Positions 31,741-45,600 of a stretch of DNA of 64,000 nucleotides are shown here, one piece after another. Both the position numbers and the translations under genes were made by a program. Each line of letters begins with the position of its first letter. Position 1 is the stretch's first letter. Source of the DNA: the human T2T-CHM13v2.0 reference genome, Homo sapiens. Location of the stretch: the NCBI RefSeq assembly GCF_009914755.1, contig NC_060935.1; one strand, 5' to 3'. The notes under the pieces were generated by a model. That model was not told the origin of the DNA, made no database searches, and saw nothing but the letters and a program-made list of their open reading frames with translations.

Positions 31741-33988
31741 TAACTAATAACTATTTTGGGGACATGGGTTATACCATGGCACAGGACCTAGCAGGGACCA
31801 AGCATAACAAGCCTAACTGTGGCCACCAAGTAAAGCATCCAGAATTGAGGCAACAGAATATGGAGTAGGAAAATGATTACCAAAAAAATGTTAGCTGTGT
31901 CTTTGAAGTAAGGTGCAGACACGAGATTTACAAATGCCCACGTTTTTCTGAAGTGGGTGTGTGTGTGTGTGTATTTTCGTTTTCTTCATTCTCATATTCC
32001 ACACTATTTAGAAAGGGTGTAAAGGAATTTAATCCATTAATTGTAGCACATTTAGTGAGGACCAAGACATATCAAAAGCGAAGTAGACATTATTCAAAAG
32101 TCTGATAAAGTATAAGGAAGTACCTATTACATTACATTGTCTTCCTTTAAAATATATGAGTTTATTCTGGCTTGTAGGAGAGATAATTATATAATATTTG
32201 GTGAGGGATTTTTATTGTGGGTGCACTGTGCTTGTTTTGTTTTGTTTTGTTTTGTGGTTGTAGTGTTAGTGTTCTGTCTCTCACTCATCTCATCTCACTT
32301 GCTCCTACCTTTCTCCCTGCCTTCCTTGTCTCTCTTTCTCTTTTTCTGTCTCTCTTTCTTCCTCTGACTTTTTTCCTTTTTCTTCCTTTATTGAAAATGG
32401 GAAAAATATACATGTTGTATTGAGTAAACAGAGTAATAGATATGGTGGACATTTAGCAACTTTTGACCAGTCTGCCTCCAAACATACTCAGTCTTTGGGG
32501 AAATTTCCAACTGTGGGTCATAACACAGAGGCACAGTCCCTGTCTCCCAATTATAACAGTTAAGGTATGAACCCATAATTCAGTATTAGCTAAGATGCTT
32601 CCACCTGAGACCTTGAATACACATGTAGTAATACACTTATTCATACTCAAAACTGGGGTCAGATCGACAGAAAATGATAACACAAAAGAGATGGCAAAAT
32701 CAGAACAAGTGTGAAGATAAATATTAGTGAGAAAACCCCAAAAGTTTAATAATGTGTGCGGGAATTTAAGAAGGAGACAAGGAATGGGACTTATAGCATG
32801 TAGTTGCCAGGCTAGGCAAATATTTGTCGCCAGCGGATTCTTCCATACACTTAAAAATTTTTTTCCCACACATTTTCCTATACCCAGTGCCCTCTGAGCA
32901 TCTGCAAGCCTTTTCCATAGCACCATGACACGGCATTCATCTCAGTCATTTTAATTGAAAAGACCTTTTAAAGTTTAACAGCTTTGCAGAGAATAGGCGT
33001 TTTTACAATCTGCATATTTTGTGGCATTTGATTTAATTTCCAGCACAATGAACTTGTCTTTGACTGTCTGAAACTGACACTTTATATTTACTTCTTTTTT
33101 CCCCACTGCTTTCCATTAATGATCTTGAACACTAATAAAGTTTTACAAGAGTTGTGACTTCCTGACCAAGCATAATGTTGTTCACCAGTGATAAAGCAGA
33201 AGGGCGGAGCTCTCCATCTTAAGGCCACACTGAATTTTACAGAAACATGTACTTTAGCTTTAACTTTCTTTTCTTATTCTAAATCAATTATTAAAATTTA
33301 ACAAATACTAATAAATAATTTCAACTATGTATTCATAAGTCTAACCTGTAGATTCAAGTTCCAAAATCAAGCTGTCATCTTAAGATGAACCTGATTGTAT
33401 AACCTTCTGTGAATCAAATAGCAACAGAAGACAGATGTTGAGCAGAACTATTTCCTAGATGAATTTTGTGTCACAAATTTCATAAGAAAAGAGAGATGGA
33501 GAGAGAAAGAAGGAGAGAAAACACAGGATCATCAGATCACTAAATTTTGTGTTGCTGGGCCCCTTGACAAGTTCTCTGTGTAAGCAGTCTAGAGAGAACA
33601 CTCTAGTTAGATGGATGCTTTTTCATGCTCTTTAACATCTTTCCAGGATTGTGGTTTCCAGCATCAATGTAATTTCCACATGAGTTAAGTTAAGCTATTG
33701 ATTACCTACAAAGATACATTGTATATCCTGTCCTGAAGTCAATATTAAAATCAGGCATAGTCACTGGCTCTTTTTCTGTAAGCCATCTCATTTTTTTCTC
33801 TTGGCATCTTGTCACACAGCAGGAATGAATGAGAAAAACACACTGTTTAGGCCATACAAGAAGGGGCTAATTCTAAGATAGCCAAATCCTTTAATCCTTT
33901 CCCTCATCAACTAGGGCTTTAGTTCTAGCACCAAGTATAATAAAATTTTTGTCCTTCAATATGACCCATTTTGAAGGAAAGGTGTAAG

Positions 33989-34072
33989 GTGTGTGTGTGT
34001 GTCTGTGTGTGCATGTGTGTGCTTGCATATGTGCACGCACGTGTGTGTTTGCATGTGCACGTGTGTGTGTGT
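33989..34072. repeat. Degenerate (TG)n alternating purine-pyrimidine tract
   Basis: Directly visible. Confidence 0.9.
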
Positions 34073-34589
34073 AGTCTTAAGTTTTCATCATTGTACTGTT
34101 ATTATACTCAACATTATTAGAAAGAAACATTATGTAAAATCATTGAGCTACATGTCTTTCCTTCCATACTTTTTATTTCTAAAGTAAAAATGCAATGTCA
34201 CATGAAGGGAGGAAGGAAAAGAAAAAAAATGAACATTCTTCAAATATTTATTTAAGATCTACAAATGCCAGGTCTTGTATTAGACTGAGAATGCAATAGT
34301 GAACAAGGTATAGTTCATACTTATTATTAAGAGTTCCTATTACCATATGAGAAAACTGAGTCTCAGGCAAGAAAAAGGACTTGTACAAATAAAATATCTT
34401 CGTGACTAGTGGAGAACAGGGATTTGAATCTACATCTGTTTGACTCTAAACCCTGCTCTTTCCATTACCCCATTAAACAGTCCCCACCTGTTGATGGCGT
34501 CAGAGACAGTTCGTTTATGCACAGATAGGTGTTCATAATTCAGGGACTGATAATAATAATGGTATTATTATTGTTATTGTTTTATTAAT

Positions 34590-34790
34590 ATATAGCAATT
34601 TCTGAAACCTGTATAGTGCTTACCAAGTGTCAGGCACTGTTCTAAGCATTTTGCTTTCATTAACTCATTTAACCTTGACTTTAACCCTATGAGAAAGAGA
34701 ATACATTCTTTTTTTACAGAAGCAATAGTTGAAGAATGGAGAGGTTAAATATCACCAAAGTAAGTGACAGAGCCCAAATCTGATATTAAA
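34590..34790 (-). mobile_element. MIR
   Basis: caggcactgttctaagcatttt...taactcatttaacc...aaccctatgag. Confidence 0.65.
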
Positions 34791-34888
34791 CTGTCCTTAT
34801 TCTATCATCTTCAACAAATGTCAGTGAAGATCTATGAACCAATATTTGAGTCTATATATTATTAACTATATATTGCCATATAGTTACT

Positions 34889-35795
34889 TGTGGTAAATTG
34901 ATTATAATTAACAACTCCAATCCTCTTACTGTATCTACACACATTGCTACGGAAGCTTGGAAAGCCTCTCCAGTTTGACAGGCCCTGTGACTTGCTTTGA
35001 CCATTGAGTTTTAGGCATGAAGAGTGCTTGTGTGATTGGGCTTGCCGTAGTATACCCAGGCTAGCTGTGGAGAATTAGACACAAAAGCTAATTTACCCAC
35101 TGTCCCAAGCCAACGCCCAGCCACTCCCCACATATGTGAGCGTATTTTTTAAAAAACCAGATCTTCCAAGCTGAGACCAGTCTAAATCAATGACTTACAG
35201 ACTTGTGAGCTAACAAAGATTACTTATTTTTTGATCTTTTAAGTTCAAGGGTTCAAGTGCAGGTTTGTTACACAGTACACTTGTGACATTAAGGTTTGTT
35301 GTACAGATTATCTCATCACCCAGGGATTAAGCCTAGTACTCATTAGTTATTTTTCCTAATCCTCTCCCTCCTCCCACCCTCCACCCTGTGAAAGGCCCCA
35401 GTGTGTGTTGTTACCCTCTATTTGTCCATGTGTTATCACTTAGCTCCCACTTATAAGTGAGAACTTATAAGTGGTATTTGGTTTTCTGTTTCTGCATTAG
35501 ATGGCTAAGGATAATGGCCTTCAGCTTCATTCATATCCCTGAAAAGAACATGATCTCATTCTTTATTATGGCTGCATAGTACTCCATGGTGTATATGTAC
35601 CACATTTTCTTTATCCAGTATACCACTGATAAGCATTTAGGATGACTTCATGTTTTTGATATTTTTAATGGTGCTGCAATGAATATGCATGTACAATGTG
35701 TCTTTACAACATAGCAATTTATATTCCTTTGGAAATATACTGAGTTTTGTGATATTTTCTTATGTGGCATTATTGTGGCAATAGATAATTGATAT
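34889..35795 (+). mobile_element. MLT1 LTR split by an L1PA 3' end
   Basis: tgtggtaaattgatt start, ctgtgacttgctttgacca motif, and gcaatagataattgata end resuming after the L1. Confidence 0.6.
35226..35741 (-). mobile_element. L1PA13-16-like 3' end
   Basis: gtttgttgtacagattatctcatcacccagggattaagcctagtac...cctctccctcctcccaccctccaccc. Confidence 0.8.
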
Positions 35796-36094
35796 ATTAC
35801 CCAAAATGGTACTCACTGGCCTGAAAATGAAGGTAAACCCATTCGAGTCCCTGGGTCTGTGGGATAATAAGAACATTAACTATGAGTAAATCCTTGTGCT
35901 ATATTTCTTCTGAACAATCTAAGGAAAAGCTCTACCCTTTCTGAGTAATATTGTAAAACAATTACCCTCCTCCAATTCCTACTCCCAAACACATATGAGT
36001 ATCTGTTTTAATCTGTTTTCTAGTCTTTCTAAAACTTGGTTAAAGATACAATTCATTTAATCATAGGAATAACACAGAGACTGTAGCAGCTGAT

Positions 36095-36125
36095 ACACAC
36101 ACACACACACACATACACACACACA
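36095..36125. repeat. (CA)n microsatellite
   Basis: Directly visible. Confidence 0.95.
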
Positions 36126-39059
36126 AGGTTATGTATGGTTTGGAAATTGTATTCCTTGGAACTTCAGGGCTCTGTAGAGATGTCTGAGGGTCACTAGTCA
36201 CAGCAGAGAAGGGAAGTATAGTATGAGAAGGGAAGAGATGATGGTGATAAGCAGGTAAGGTGATCAGATCCTTCTTTCTGAAGTTCAGTCAGAGCAAAAC
36301 CATTTTATCTATTGTGTACACTGGTGCTCTAGATATGAGAAAAGGGTTTTCTGGCAAATACATTACAGACATATAGATAGATTATAAATAGACATATAGA
36401 AGGCCACTATCTGAGTATAATCCCATCGGTTCCCAGCTGAAGAAGAGGCTAGAGTTCAGGTAGTAGAGAAAGAAGATAATATTGCTTAAGCATATATTCT
36501 ACATGCTGGCCATTTTTAACATACTATTTCTCTTAAACTCACAACCCTGGGAAATATAAGCTATTCATTTTAATTTTTTTTTACTTCATAAGTTAGGTGA
36601 TTTATTCATGTTCACATTGTCACAGGAGATAGAACCAGAATTGCTCACTTTTTTTTCCTAATATTGCTACTACAACCAAAAGTAGGGAACTGAAGTCTTG
36701 TGGTTCAATATCTAGAGGCTGTTCTATTTCCTATGAGCAAATGTAATCAAGAAATGAATGTCCCACCTGCAAAGGCACCAAAACATATAACAAACAATTG
36801 GATACCAACTAAAACACCCTATAGTGAATATGAAGATAAATAACATCATAAGTACTAATGTATTGCCAGCATCTCTTTGGTAGCTAGCCATAACTATTAG
36901 TGAATTGCACTTTAAAATATTTTATAGCCATTAATTCAACGACTCACTTGCCCTAGATCACAAGAAGCTATAGTCTGGACTAGTTCCAACTGGTAAACAC
37001 AGATGCAGAAACACAATATGAATAATAACTACAAAGTATCTCGAATACGTACCATATACCAGGCACTGGGCTAAGTTATTTTACACATAATTTTATTTGA
37101 GCTTCACCACAACCCTTTAAAATAAGTTCATTAACCCCATTTTGTATATATGACTAACTTGATCAAGGTACAAAACTGTTCAGTGTAAATTCATAATGTG
37201 GCTCTAGAACCTCTAGAATCTTTCTTTTATTAGCCCTGAAACTAGTAAAATCACATAATGCTTTGAGCCAAATTCCAGTTTTTAAAAAATGGTATATCAC
37301 CTACCCCAAGCGTTTCTTTGGAGGATTCAGTTACATATGCCAAGTATGTATCACAGTGCTCAACAAATAAAAAGAACACAAAGTAATAGTCACATTATCA
37401 TCATTAAGAACATCACTTTTATTATTAATAAAATCATGTGAATCCCTGATTAATTTACATAACTCTTCTAAATTTGGCTTTTTAAATCTATTTAACAGCA
37501 CTTGTTTACCTGCTACTGTTACTTCTGTCTCTTTGACTCTATCTCTGTGCTGGTTCTGTTCCTGTCTGGACCTTGGTTTGGGGCACCTCTCTCACTTTGA
37601 CACCACCTGCCCCATTCCCAGGGCCATCATGTTTTCATTAACTCAGTGCTCCATAACCAAAAGCTTCTGTCCAGGCTGCATTTGTCATTAAAGATCAACA
37701 CCAGCAGAAAGCTCTAGGCCCTGGAATCACGAAGTCCAGTGTGCTGATTAGCAAGCACACTAGCAGAGTTCCTACTTCTCAAGATTATCTGGCAAAGACT
37801 CAAACACAAGGAACAAGAATCAGATACTAGTACTAATCTACAAATCAAGAACTAGAACTTCAACTGAAAGGAAAAAAGTGCCTGATTGTTAGAACTAGTG
37901 CTCAGTATTGAGGCAGACTAAGACCAAAGCCATTTGATATTCATTCCAAGAATATTTCCTTGGAACTATTTAAATATCTATCATTAGAAATGACTGTAGG
38001 TTTTTAGTTGTCTAAGCCAACAGATGGTTTCAAATACTTCTTGTATGAGGAAGGACCTAGGACCAGCAGAGCCTGACAGTATATTGCTATTTTGCCTCTA
38101 TTTGTTCATCTGTAAAATAAAAATAATATGTCCCCTGCCTACCTGAAGATATGTGGAAGTATCGAATGATATGATGTATATGAAAGGGCTATATAAAACA
38201 TACACATTTGTATTTTAATTGGCTTCATTCATAGCACTTATTGCCCTTCTAATATTCTTTGCACTCTGCTTATTGATTATGTTCACTCATTAGTATTTAT
38301 GTCTCCTTACTAGCTTCTGGAGGGCAGGAGTCTTTATTTGTTTTGTTCACTGATTGATACCAAATACTTACTAACAAGAGTGCTTCCTTTACATTAGGAA
38401 ACAAAAATGTGTTAAGTAAACATATATGTTAATGTTTATTATAATCTTATACTGGTTAAGATAAATTGATAATATCAATTTCTATTGGCAATGTTGTCTT
38501 TATACAGAAACCTTCTAATGATACAACTTTAATTTAAGAACTGGTTAAACGATAAGAATTTCAGATCTGATCTCAGGCTGGAGAGACTTGTTTCTGGACA
38601 GGTAAGCCACACAGAGTTCTTCAAATTCCAGAAACTAAATGATAACTTGTCTGCCTAAGAGACTTGCTGGCCACACCTACAGCAAACATTGCAGAATTTC
38701 CAAGGCCAAATAGCTTAATTTTTATCCTTAAATTCAGTTACAGCATGTACATACAATTCCACTTAACTAAAATTATTTTAAATATGGTTGGATTCAGCCA
38801 AACAAATGTCTGTATTAAATCAATAACACCAATTCCCTGAATACAGCTCTTTCCAGCTGGTCATTGTGGCTGTACGTAATCACCAAGTACAGGAGATTGG
38901 GATGCATAAGTAGCGTGTGATTGTTCCACTCACCTTCTCTATGATTGGGCTCTCAATTTCCTCCCTTGTGGGCCACAATCTGCATATAAACACGAACAAA
39001 TAGATTTTTTTGAAGAAGACAGTAAGGCACTTAATTTGACTGTGTGATGATTCATCAAA

Positions 39060-39350
39060 TGGGAGAAATAGAGATCACATGCCTAAGAACCTAATCCCTC
39101 CACCCATACAATATTAGAATATATGAGCTTAGACAGGTATGGCAATACATAGCCTGAAGGTTTTCTGAAGGACAAATTGCAGGAAGTAGTGACATCTGAA
39201 AAGTGTCTTAAATAATAGGGAATTTCCTGGATAAAGAGAGAACAAGAAGGCACCAGCAGAAAGAACATCATGTGCAAAGGCTCTGAGGTTTCAGGAAGCA
39301 TTAAAAATTGAGGGAAATACTGATATTCAGCATAGCTAGAGCATACGGTG
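39060..39350 (-). mobile_element. L2 fragment
   Basis: aggaagtagtgacatctga...agaacatcatgtgcaaaggctctgagg is typical of antisense L2. Confidence 0.55.
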
Positions 39351-40576
39351 AGTGTCAATTGGAGTAGGACTCCTAACAGTCATTGACGGACATTGAACCA
39401 AAATCCTTGGTAGCCTCAGAGCACACGATAAACTCCAAATGTTGTCTAAAAATAAACATAGCTAACATTTACTGAGGAAGGACTCAGTGCTAGACACAGG
39501 TAACTTGCCCCAAAGTCAAGGTCACATAGTAAAGGGAGGGAGCCAGGATGGGAACCCAGTCAGTCTGGCTACAAAGGCAATGTTCTCATCAAGTACATTC
39601 TAAACTTATTGAAAGGGACCTTAAACCTGAAGACTATGAAGGATCACTGCCGCAATGGAAAGACAGCCTCTCTGAGTTACTCTCACTGTGCATCTCGTGC
39701 ATGGGTGGAAATGCAATGTGTTCTCCTCCCCCAAAGGTCAGAGTGCAATATCTTCTCTGTGGGCATGTTGCTGCATCCAAAGCTCTCCCAGTGGCGGAGC
39801 AGATGCCCTGCCAGATGGTAGCCACTTGGACCTGGGCCCCACTGTGGCAGGTGGCCAGGACAATTGCCTTGTAACAGTTGTAAATGTCACCATCTCTCAC
39901 AGACTGGATAGCTGGACAGAATGCTCAGAGCAAAGCAGGTGCTGACCATACAGCACATGGTTTTCCTGCCCAGAGGGAAGAAAATCAGTGTTTGAGAGCA
40001 CATCCAGCACTGTGCCTATGGAATAGTTCTTACTGCACTGAACAACACGCACCATTACACTTGGGAAGCAGAAGAAATATCAAGGAAAAATGTGATTATT
40101 TATTCAAAAACGTTTCTGTTTACATCACCCTTCTGGCTACCCTGGCTTTCCTGATCTACATTCTGCCTACCTGTTCTCCTTCATCCTTCTATGTTCAAAT
40201 TAAGTATGTCTTCCTCTGTAAAAGCTTCCCTGATCTTGCCCGGAGTCAACTAACAGACAATCCTGCCATTTTGGTGCTCAGGCTTATGGGGGGAAAAGAC
40301 GTGATAAGGTGGTGATAAGGCAACTTAGTATGTGAAAAGTGCTACATGGCCCAAAGGAGAAAATGACAACTTTCTTGGAAGGTTCACAGAAAGCTTCACT
40401 GAGAAATAAATGCTTGGTTTTGCATCTCAAAGTATAAGTCAGAATTCACTAGGCAGACAAGAATTTGAAGGGAATCAAAGTAAAGAATCACAAGAGCAGA
40501 AGCTGAGAAGTTGGTGGCGTTGGGTAGTACTGAGCAGTTAAATAGGGCCACAGTGCAGAAAGCTTTATGAAAAAAA

Positions 40577-41000
40577 TGTATCAATTTGCTTTTGCTGTGT
40601 AACAAACTACAGCAAAACTCAGAGGTGTGCAACTATAAGCTATGGGACTCTAGTTATGTCATCTGGACTTGCTCATTCAAGTGTAGGGGGCTCTGCTCTA
40701 GACAAGGTTCAGCTGGAGCAACACTGTCTCGCTTGTTCATCTTCCTCCTCTCATGACCAGCAGGATAGACTAGGCATATACTTCCGGTGGCGATGGCAGA
40801 AGCACAAGAGTAAATCAGGCCAGTAATCCAAATAGTTTTCAAGATATTGCTTGTGTCACATATGCTAATATCTCTTTAACTAAAACATGTCATGTGGTTG
40901 AACATAGAGTCAAGGAGTGAAGGAGTGAAGTGAGCCCCACCCTCAGTGAGAGAGCACTGTGCTACATGGATACCAGAAATATTATATCATTGGAGATATC
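40577..41000 (-). mobile_element. MLT1J-like LTR
   Basis: tgtatcaatttgcttttgctgtgtaacaaactac..caaaactcag. Confidence 0.65.
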
Positions 41001-41597
41001 AATATACATGATAAGTAACTAAGAGGTGAGTCTGGGGATGAGGTGTGAACAAGATCATGAGATGCACTGTAAACCATACTATTGAAATTTTCACTTCATT
41101 TCCCATCTTACAGGAAATATGACACTAAAGTATTTTAAACGAAGAAATGACATGCTTGTATATGCATTTTAGGAAGATCTATCTGGCCTCTGTAGAAGAC
41201 ACTTTGGAGGATACTAAAAGTAGAGACAGTCAAAGCAGCTAAGAAGGTAAGAGTCTTAAAGAAATGATTTTAAGTCAGGCAGTAGCTGTCACAGAAGACA
41301 TAGAGATAAAGAAGTTTGAGTAGAATATACAAATTTTGCACAATACGTTTATCTGCAAACAGTTATAAAGGCAGTGGTGAGGGAAAGAAGGAAGCTCAAG
41401 ATGTCTGTCTTAACTGACTTGGCTAAGGATAGCCTTATCCAAAAAAAAAAAAATTCATAGGAAGCAAGAAGCAAAAGAGTTATGGCAGGAAAACAACAGG
41501 TCAAGCTTGGACATGAGTAGCCTGAGAGGAAGATGTCCTGTAGGTGTTTGCAGTTGGAGAGAATTTTAATCTGGAGATAGGATTTAAGAGTGACTGG

Positions 41598-41807
41598 ACA
41601 CAGACAGCGGAAGTCTGGAGACTCAGAAAGGTAAGAGAGTTAAAGGAGGTGTAGGATGAGAAATTACCCAATGGGTAAAATGCACACTATTCAGATGATG
41701 GTTATACTGAAAGCCCAGACTGCACTCCCATGTAACAAAACTGTATTTGTACTTCCTAAATCTATAAGAAGTATTTTTTTAATTTGCACAGATATTGTTT
41801 TAAAAAA
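41598..41807 (+). mobile_element. L1MA/L1PB 3'-end insertion in L2-like sequence
   Basis: ggatgagaaattacccaatggg...aaagcccagact...catgtaacaaaactg; TSD aagagtgactgg at 41586-41597 and 41808-41819. Confidence 0.75.
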
Positions 41808-42304
41808 AAGAGTGACTGGCATTTATATAATAGTGAATGCTGTAACTGTGATGGTGACTACTCAGAGAAAGACTAAAATGTATATTGAAAACAGTAGAAG
41901 CTGAAATTTGTTATTAGAATATATTTTGGGATCACTTTGAGAATCAGAAGCAAGCCATGGACTCACTCCTAGAAACATGCGTGGGCACATGTGAAACCAT
42001 TTTCAGACACAATTTCAGAGAGCCTGTGCCTTCCATAAAGTCTCTCCAATAGACCCTTTAAGGATTGGAGAGATTAGAAAACCCTGATTCAAAGGATAAA
42101 CGAGAGAAAAATAACAAATCAAAGATAGGAAAAGGAAGTGAAGCGTGGATAGAGACAAAATCTGAAGGCCAGGGTCCTGAGCTAGAGCTCACTAGGTGCT
42201 AAAGTCCTACTTAAAGTTGAAACGTTTAGAATAGACCTTCAGTACCAAAACAGTGTTGAGGGCAAAGACCTGGAGACAAAAGAAAAGAGACAGTGAAAGA
42301 CAAA

Positions 42305-42607
42305 CAGTAGTCCCCAATTATCTGCAGGGGATATGATCCAAGACCTTGAGTAGGTGCCTGAAACATAGTACATATAACCCTGAACCCTATATATACTGTT
42401 GTTTCTATCCATTCATACCTATGATAAAGTTTAATTTATAAATTAAGCACAGTAATAACATATTAACAATAACTAATAAAATGGAGCAACGATAACAACA
42501 TACTTTAATAAAAACTCTTTCAAAATATCTTAATATTCTCAGACCCTGATTGCCCATAGGAACTGAAACTGCAGAAAGTGAAACTATGGATGAAGGCGGA
42601 CACCTGT
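42305..42607 (-). mobile_element. MER44-like (Tigger7-derived) non-autonomous DNA transposon
   Basis: Degenerate TIRs cagtagtccccaattatc ... gatgaaggcggacacctg(ta). Confidence 0.7.
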
Positions 42608-45600
42608 ATGACTTTCAGCCAGCAACCGTGTCTCAGGCCATCACAGGCATGCAGGCTCTCATCTCGCCTCACTGGAATGTGGGTGTGAGTGACTTTACCG
42701 CCTCATTTCTCAGCACAGGTTCAGGACCCAGATGTGAAACCAACCCGCAGAAGCCACATGTCAGTAACTGTGGGTCCCTTTAGGGGAAGGCAGAAGCTAG
42801 GAGCAGGGATTTGGTGAAGGTTTTGCAAAATCATCATCAACAGTCAAAATTACCAGGGAATCCTGTGAAATGCTGAAAGTGTGACAGAGAAGCTGGCAAA
42901 ACTTATTATATTAGTACCCAAAGAGTAATGCAATCTCCTACTTTCTTAGAGGGCTTCTTGTTCACTAGCACTAGTACTCAGTGCCTCGAATAGTATCTGG
43001 CAAACAATTACAATAAATACATGTCACAGGAATGAATAAAAGCAACTCTGTGAAGCACCCAAGAATTTCTTCTCTTCAGGCTTATAAATAATATCCTGCT
43101 CTAAAACATGTCAGCTGCTCCAGTGATCAGCCTTGGGCCTTTCTAAGAAAATACTGAGTCTTTATTTCTAATTAATTCATTTTATTATTTTTAGTTCACC
43201 CCAAATGTGAGACATTTGGAAAACTCAGATATAATGTAAAGTATTTTATTATCATTTTCTAGTTCTCTCTGGCGCCAGGCAAATTTGGCTATAAACAAAA
43301 GCTAATAAACCCTGATTTAAGGGCCATAATGCCTCTAGTGTGTGTACTAGGAGTACAACAAGATGATGCAATACCACAAGGCCCTGTTTTAGTTAAAAGT
43401 CACATTAATGACTTCATCCTTCATAGTTGCCCAAAGAACCCTGAGAAAGAAACCTTCAACTCTTACATCGTTTTCTGTCTTAAGGGTAATGAACCATATG
43501 TGTAGACAGCTGCACTGTCTGTAAACTATGGTCATTAATTACACAGGAGACAGGACACTTCCAGGGAGAGGCGGGTGGAAAAAGAAGGGTGAGACTTTGA
43601 AAAGTCATGGCGATTATTAATAACAGAAAGGGCAACGAAAAGGGTAAGATGCCTGTCCTCCATATTTCAAATACATTACATTGCCCATAGCAATGAAGTA
43701 GCAGAAAGGTCTGGATAGGATGGAGAATGTTTTCGACCTGCATCTGAGGCCAGAGTTAAACAAAACAGGGTACCACAGGCAAGGATACATGTAGATTCAC
43801 ATACAGAATTTCAAAGACTATGCCAAGTTGGTGAACCATTTTCCTAAGGAATAAGAAGTCAACTTAGTCTAAAGGAGATACTGAATTACAGTACAGAATG
43901 TAAACCAAAGAACACAAGGAGAGAACATCAGATTTGAGCTTTCCCCCGAGTTTCAGGTATGAATCTCTAAGATATCAGATGCTTGGATAATTCAGGCTAA
44001 AATTATGGGACAAGAGTCCAAGCTGGGTTACAGCAAGCAAGAATAAAGGCTATGACTAACACAGATTTTCACAGCTTAAAGGCCAGATCCAGCTAGAGAG
44101 GTGGCTCCAGCCCATAGAGGCATGGTGTGCCTCCTGATATCCTTCCTCACTTTACGGGCCACATGTGGGACACATCTCTAAAAACATAAATGTAGATACA
44201 GAGAATACAAGAAACAAATGTAAGCACTTCCATTTCTTAAACTTTTTGCAATCATCATAAATTATTCACTATACTAAGGCCAACAAAGGCCAGTGTCTGT
44301 ACCAGCACATACGTACCCATAGACAGGAACTCTACTCAACACTGTATTTTCAGTACCTCACATACTGGCCAAAACAGGCTCAATGGGAATTTCTTAAATA
44401 AATTAAGTCATATATTTATTGAAAAATGGGAGTAACCTCTCTACAAAAGAATCCAGAAACGTACTGAACAGAGAACAACAAACTGAAAAGTCTGACTGAT
44501 AAAAGCATGATCTTTGTTTCTGCTGTGTGAAATGGTGATCACAACTAAGTGTAAGTATAAAGAAAATCTGGGATTGAAAGGCCAGATATATTGACAAAAG
44601 GGAAGGAGAGTTAAAGAACCATTGAAGAGTTATGTACAGTAGAGTGATATGATCAAGTTGACATATGATAAAGTCCCTCTGGAAGTTAAATGGCAAGTGG
44701 GTTAGTGGGTAGAGTAAATTACAGTGGAAAGACCAGGAAGACACTGTTCTTTTCATCTAGACAGAATATAACAAGCACATGAATTAGGACTGTGAAAATA
44801 GAGGGGATGGGACAGATATTAATAGGGTAGTACTGATGTGACTTTGTGACTCTTGGATATTAGGAAGGAAAAAAAGAAAAAAAAATCTGGGATTGCCTCC
44901 AAAGCACTAACTTCAGAGCTACAAAAGTTATTACATTATCAATAAATCTTTCATGGATTAATAAATACAACATGTGTAATCTTTAAATTCTTATTATTTA
45001 TAAAAACTGTGCTGATAACATTTATATGCTCATTTTTCAAAATTCAGAGAACATTTGTTGAGAGCCACACAACTACTGAGTTAAATGTTGAATGTGGCTG
45101 AAAAATGAATGAAAGAAGGAAGAGAAAGCACCATGTGGATTATAAGCATGAGAGGACTGCCCTGTTCTCAATTTTTCTACCCCAGTTTTCACAAGAGAAG
45201 ATTAGAGCTTGTCAGATTCAGACTTAATTTTGGATCATGAAACATGGACACTATGGTAGTGGCCAGCACCTCTCAATTGTGTGACTGAAAAGGCCTAGAG
45301 GGGTGACTGCCAACAAGTCTAGACCACAGCCCTTTCTGAAGCCATGTGTTAGTAAAGGGAATTTTCAGCATTGCTAATCCACATAGCAACAGGTTGGCCA
45401 TGTGGATTAACAATGACGGAAATTACCTTCATGAACACATGGCACACTGCCCCTTACACTTACCTCCAAATTAAACCGTCTTCTGAGCTCCCATAGCATA
45501 TTGTATTTTTCCCTTTTGTTTTATTTACTATTATCTATAGTAGTATATATTTATTAAGCACCTATTATGTGTCAGGCACTACCCTGGACGATGTGGGTAT

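Noticed and set aside
32453-32926. 157-aa minus-strand ORF
   Set aside because: No recognisable homology, non-ATG start; consistent with chance.
39548-40315. Cluster of 70-143 aa ORFs in a moderately GC-richer patch
   Set aside because: No recognisable domain or splice structure; probably a decayed LTR/L2 patch.
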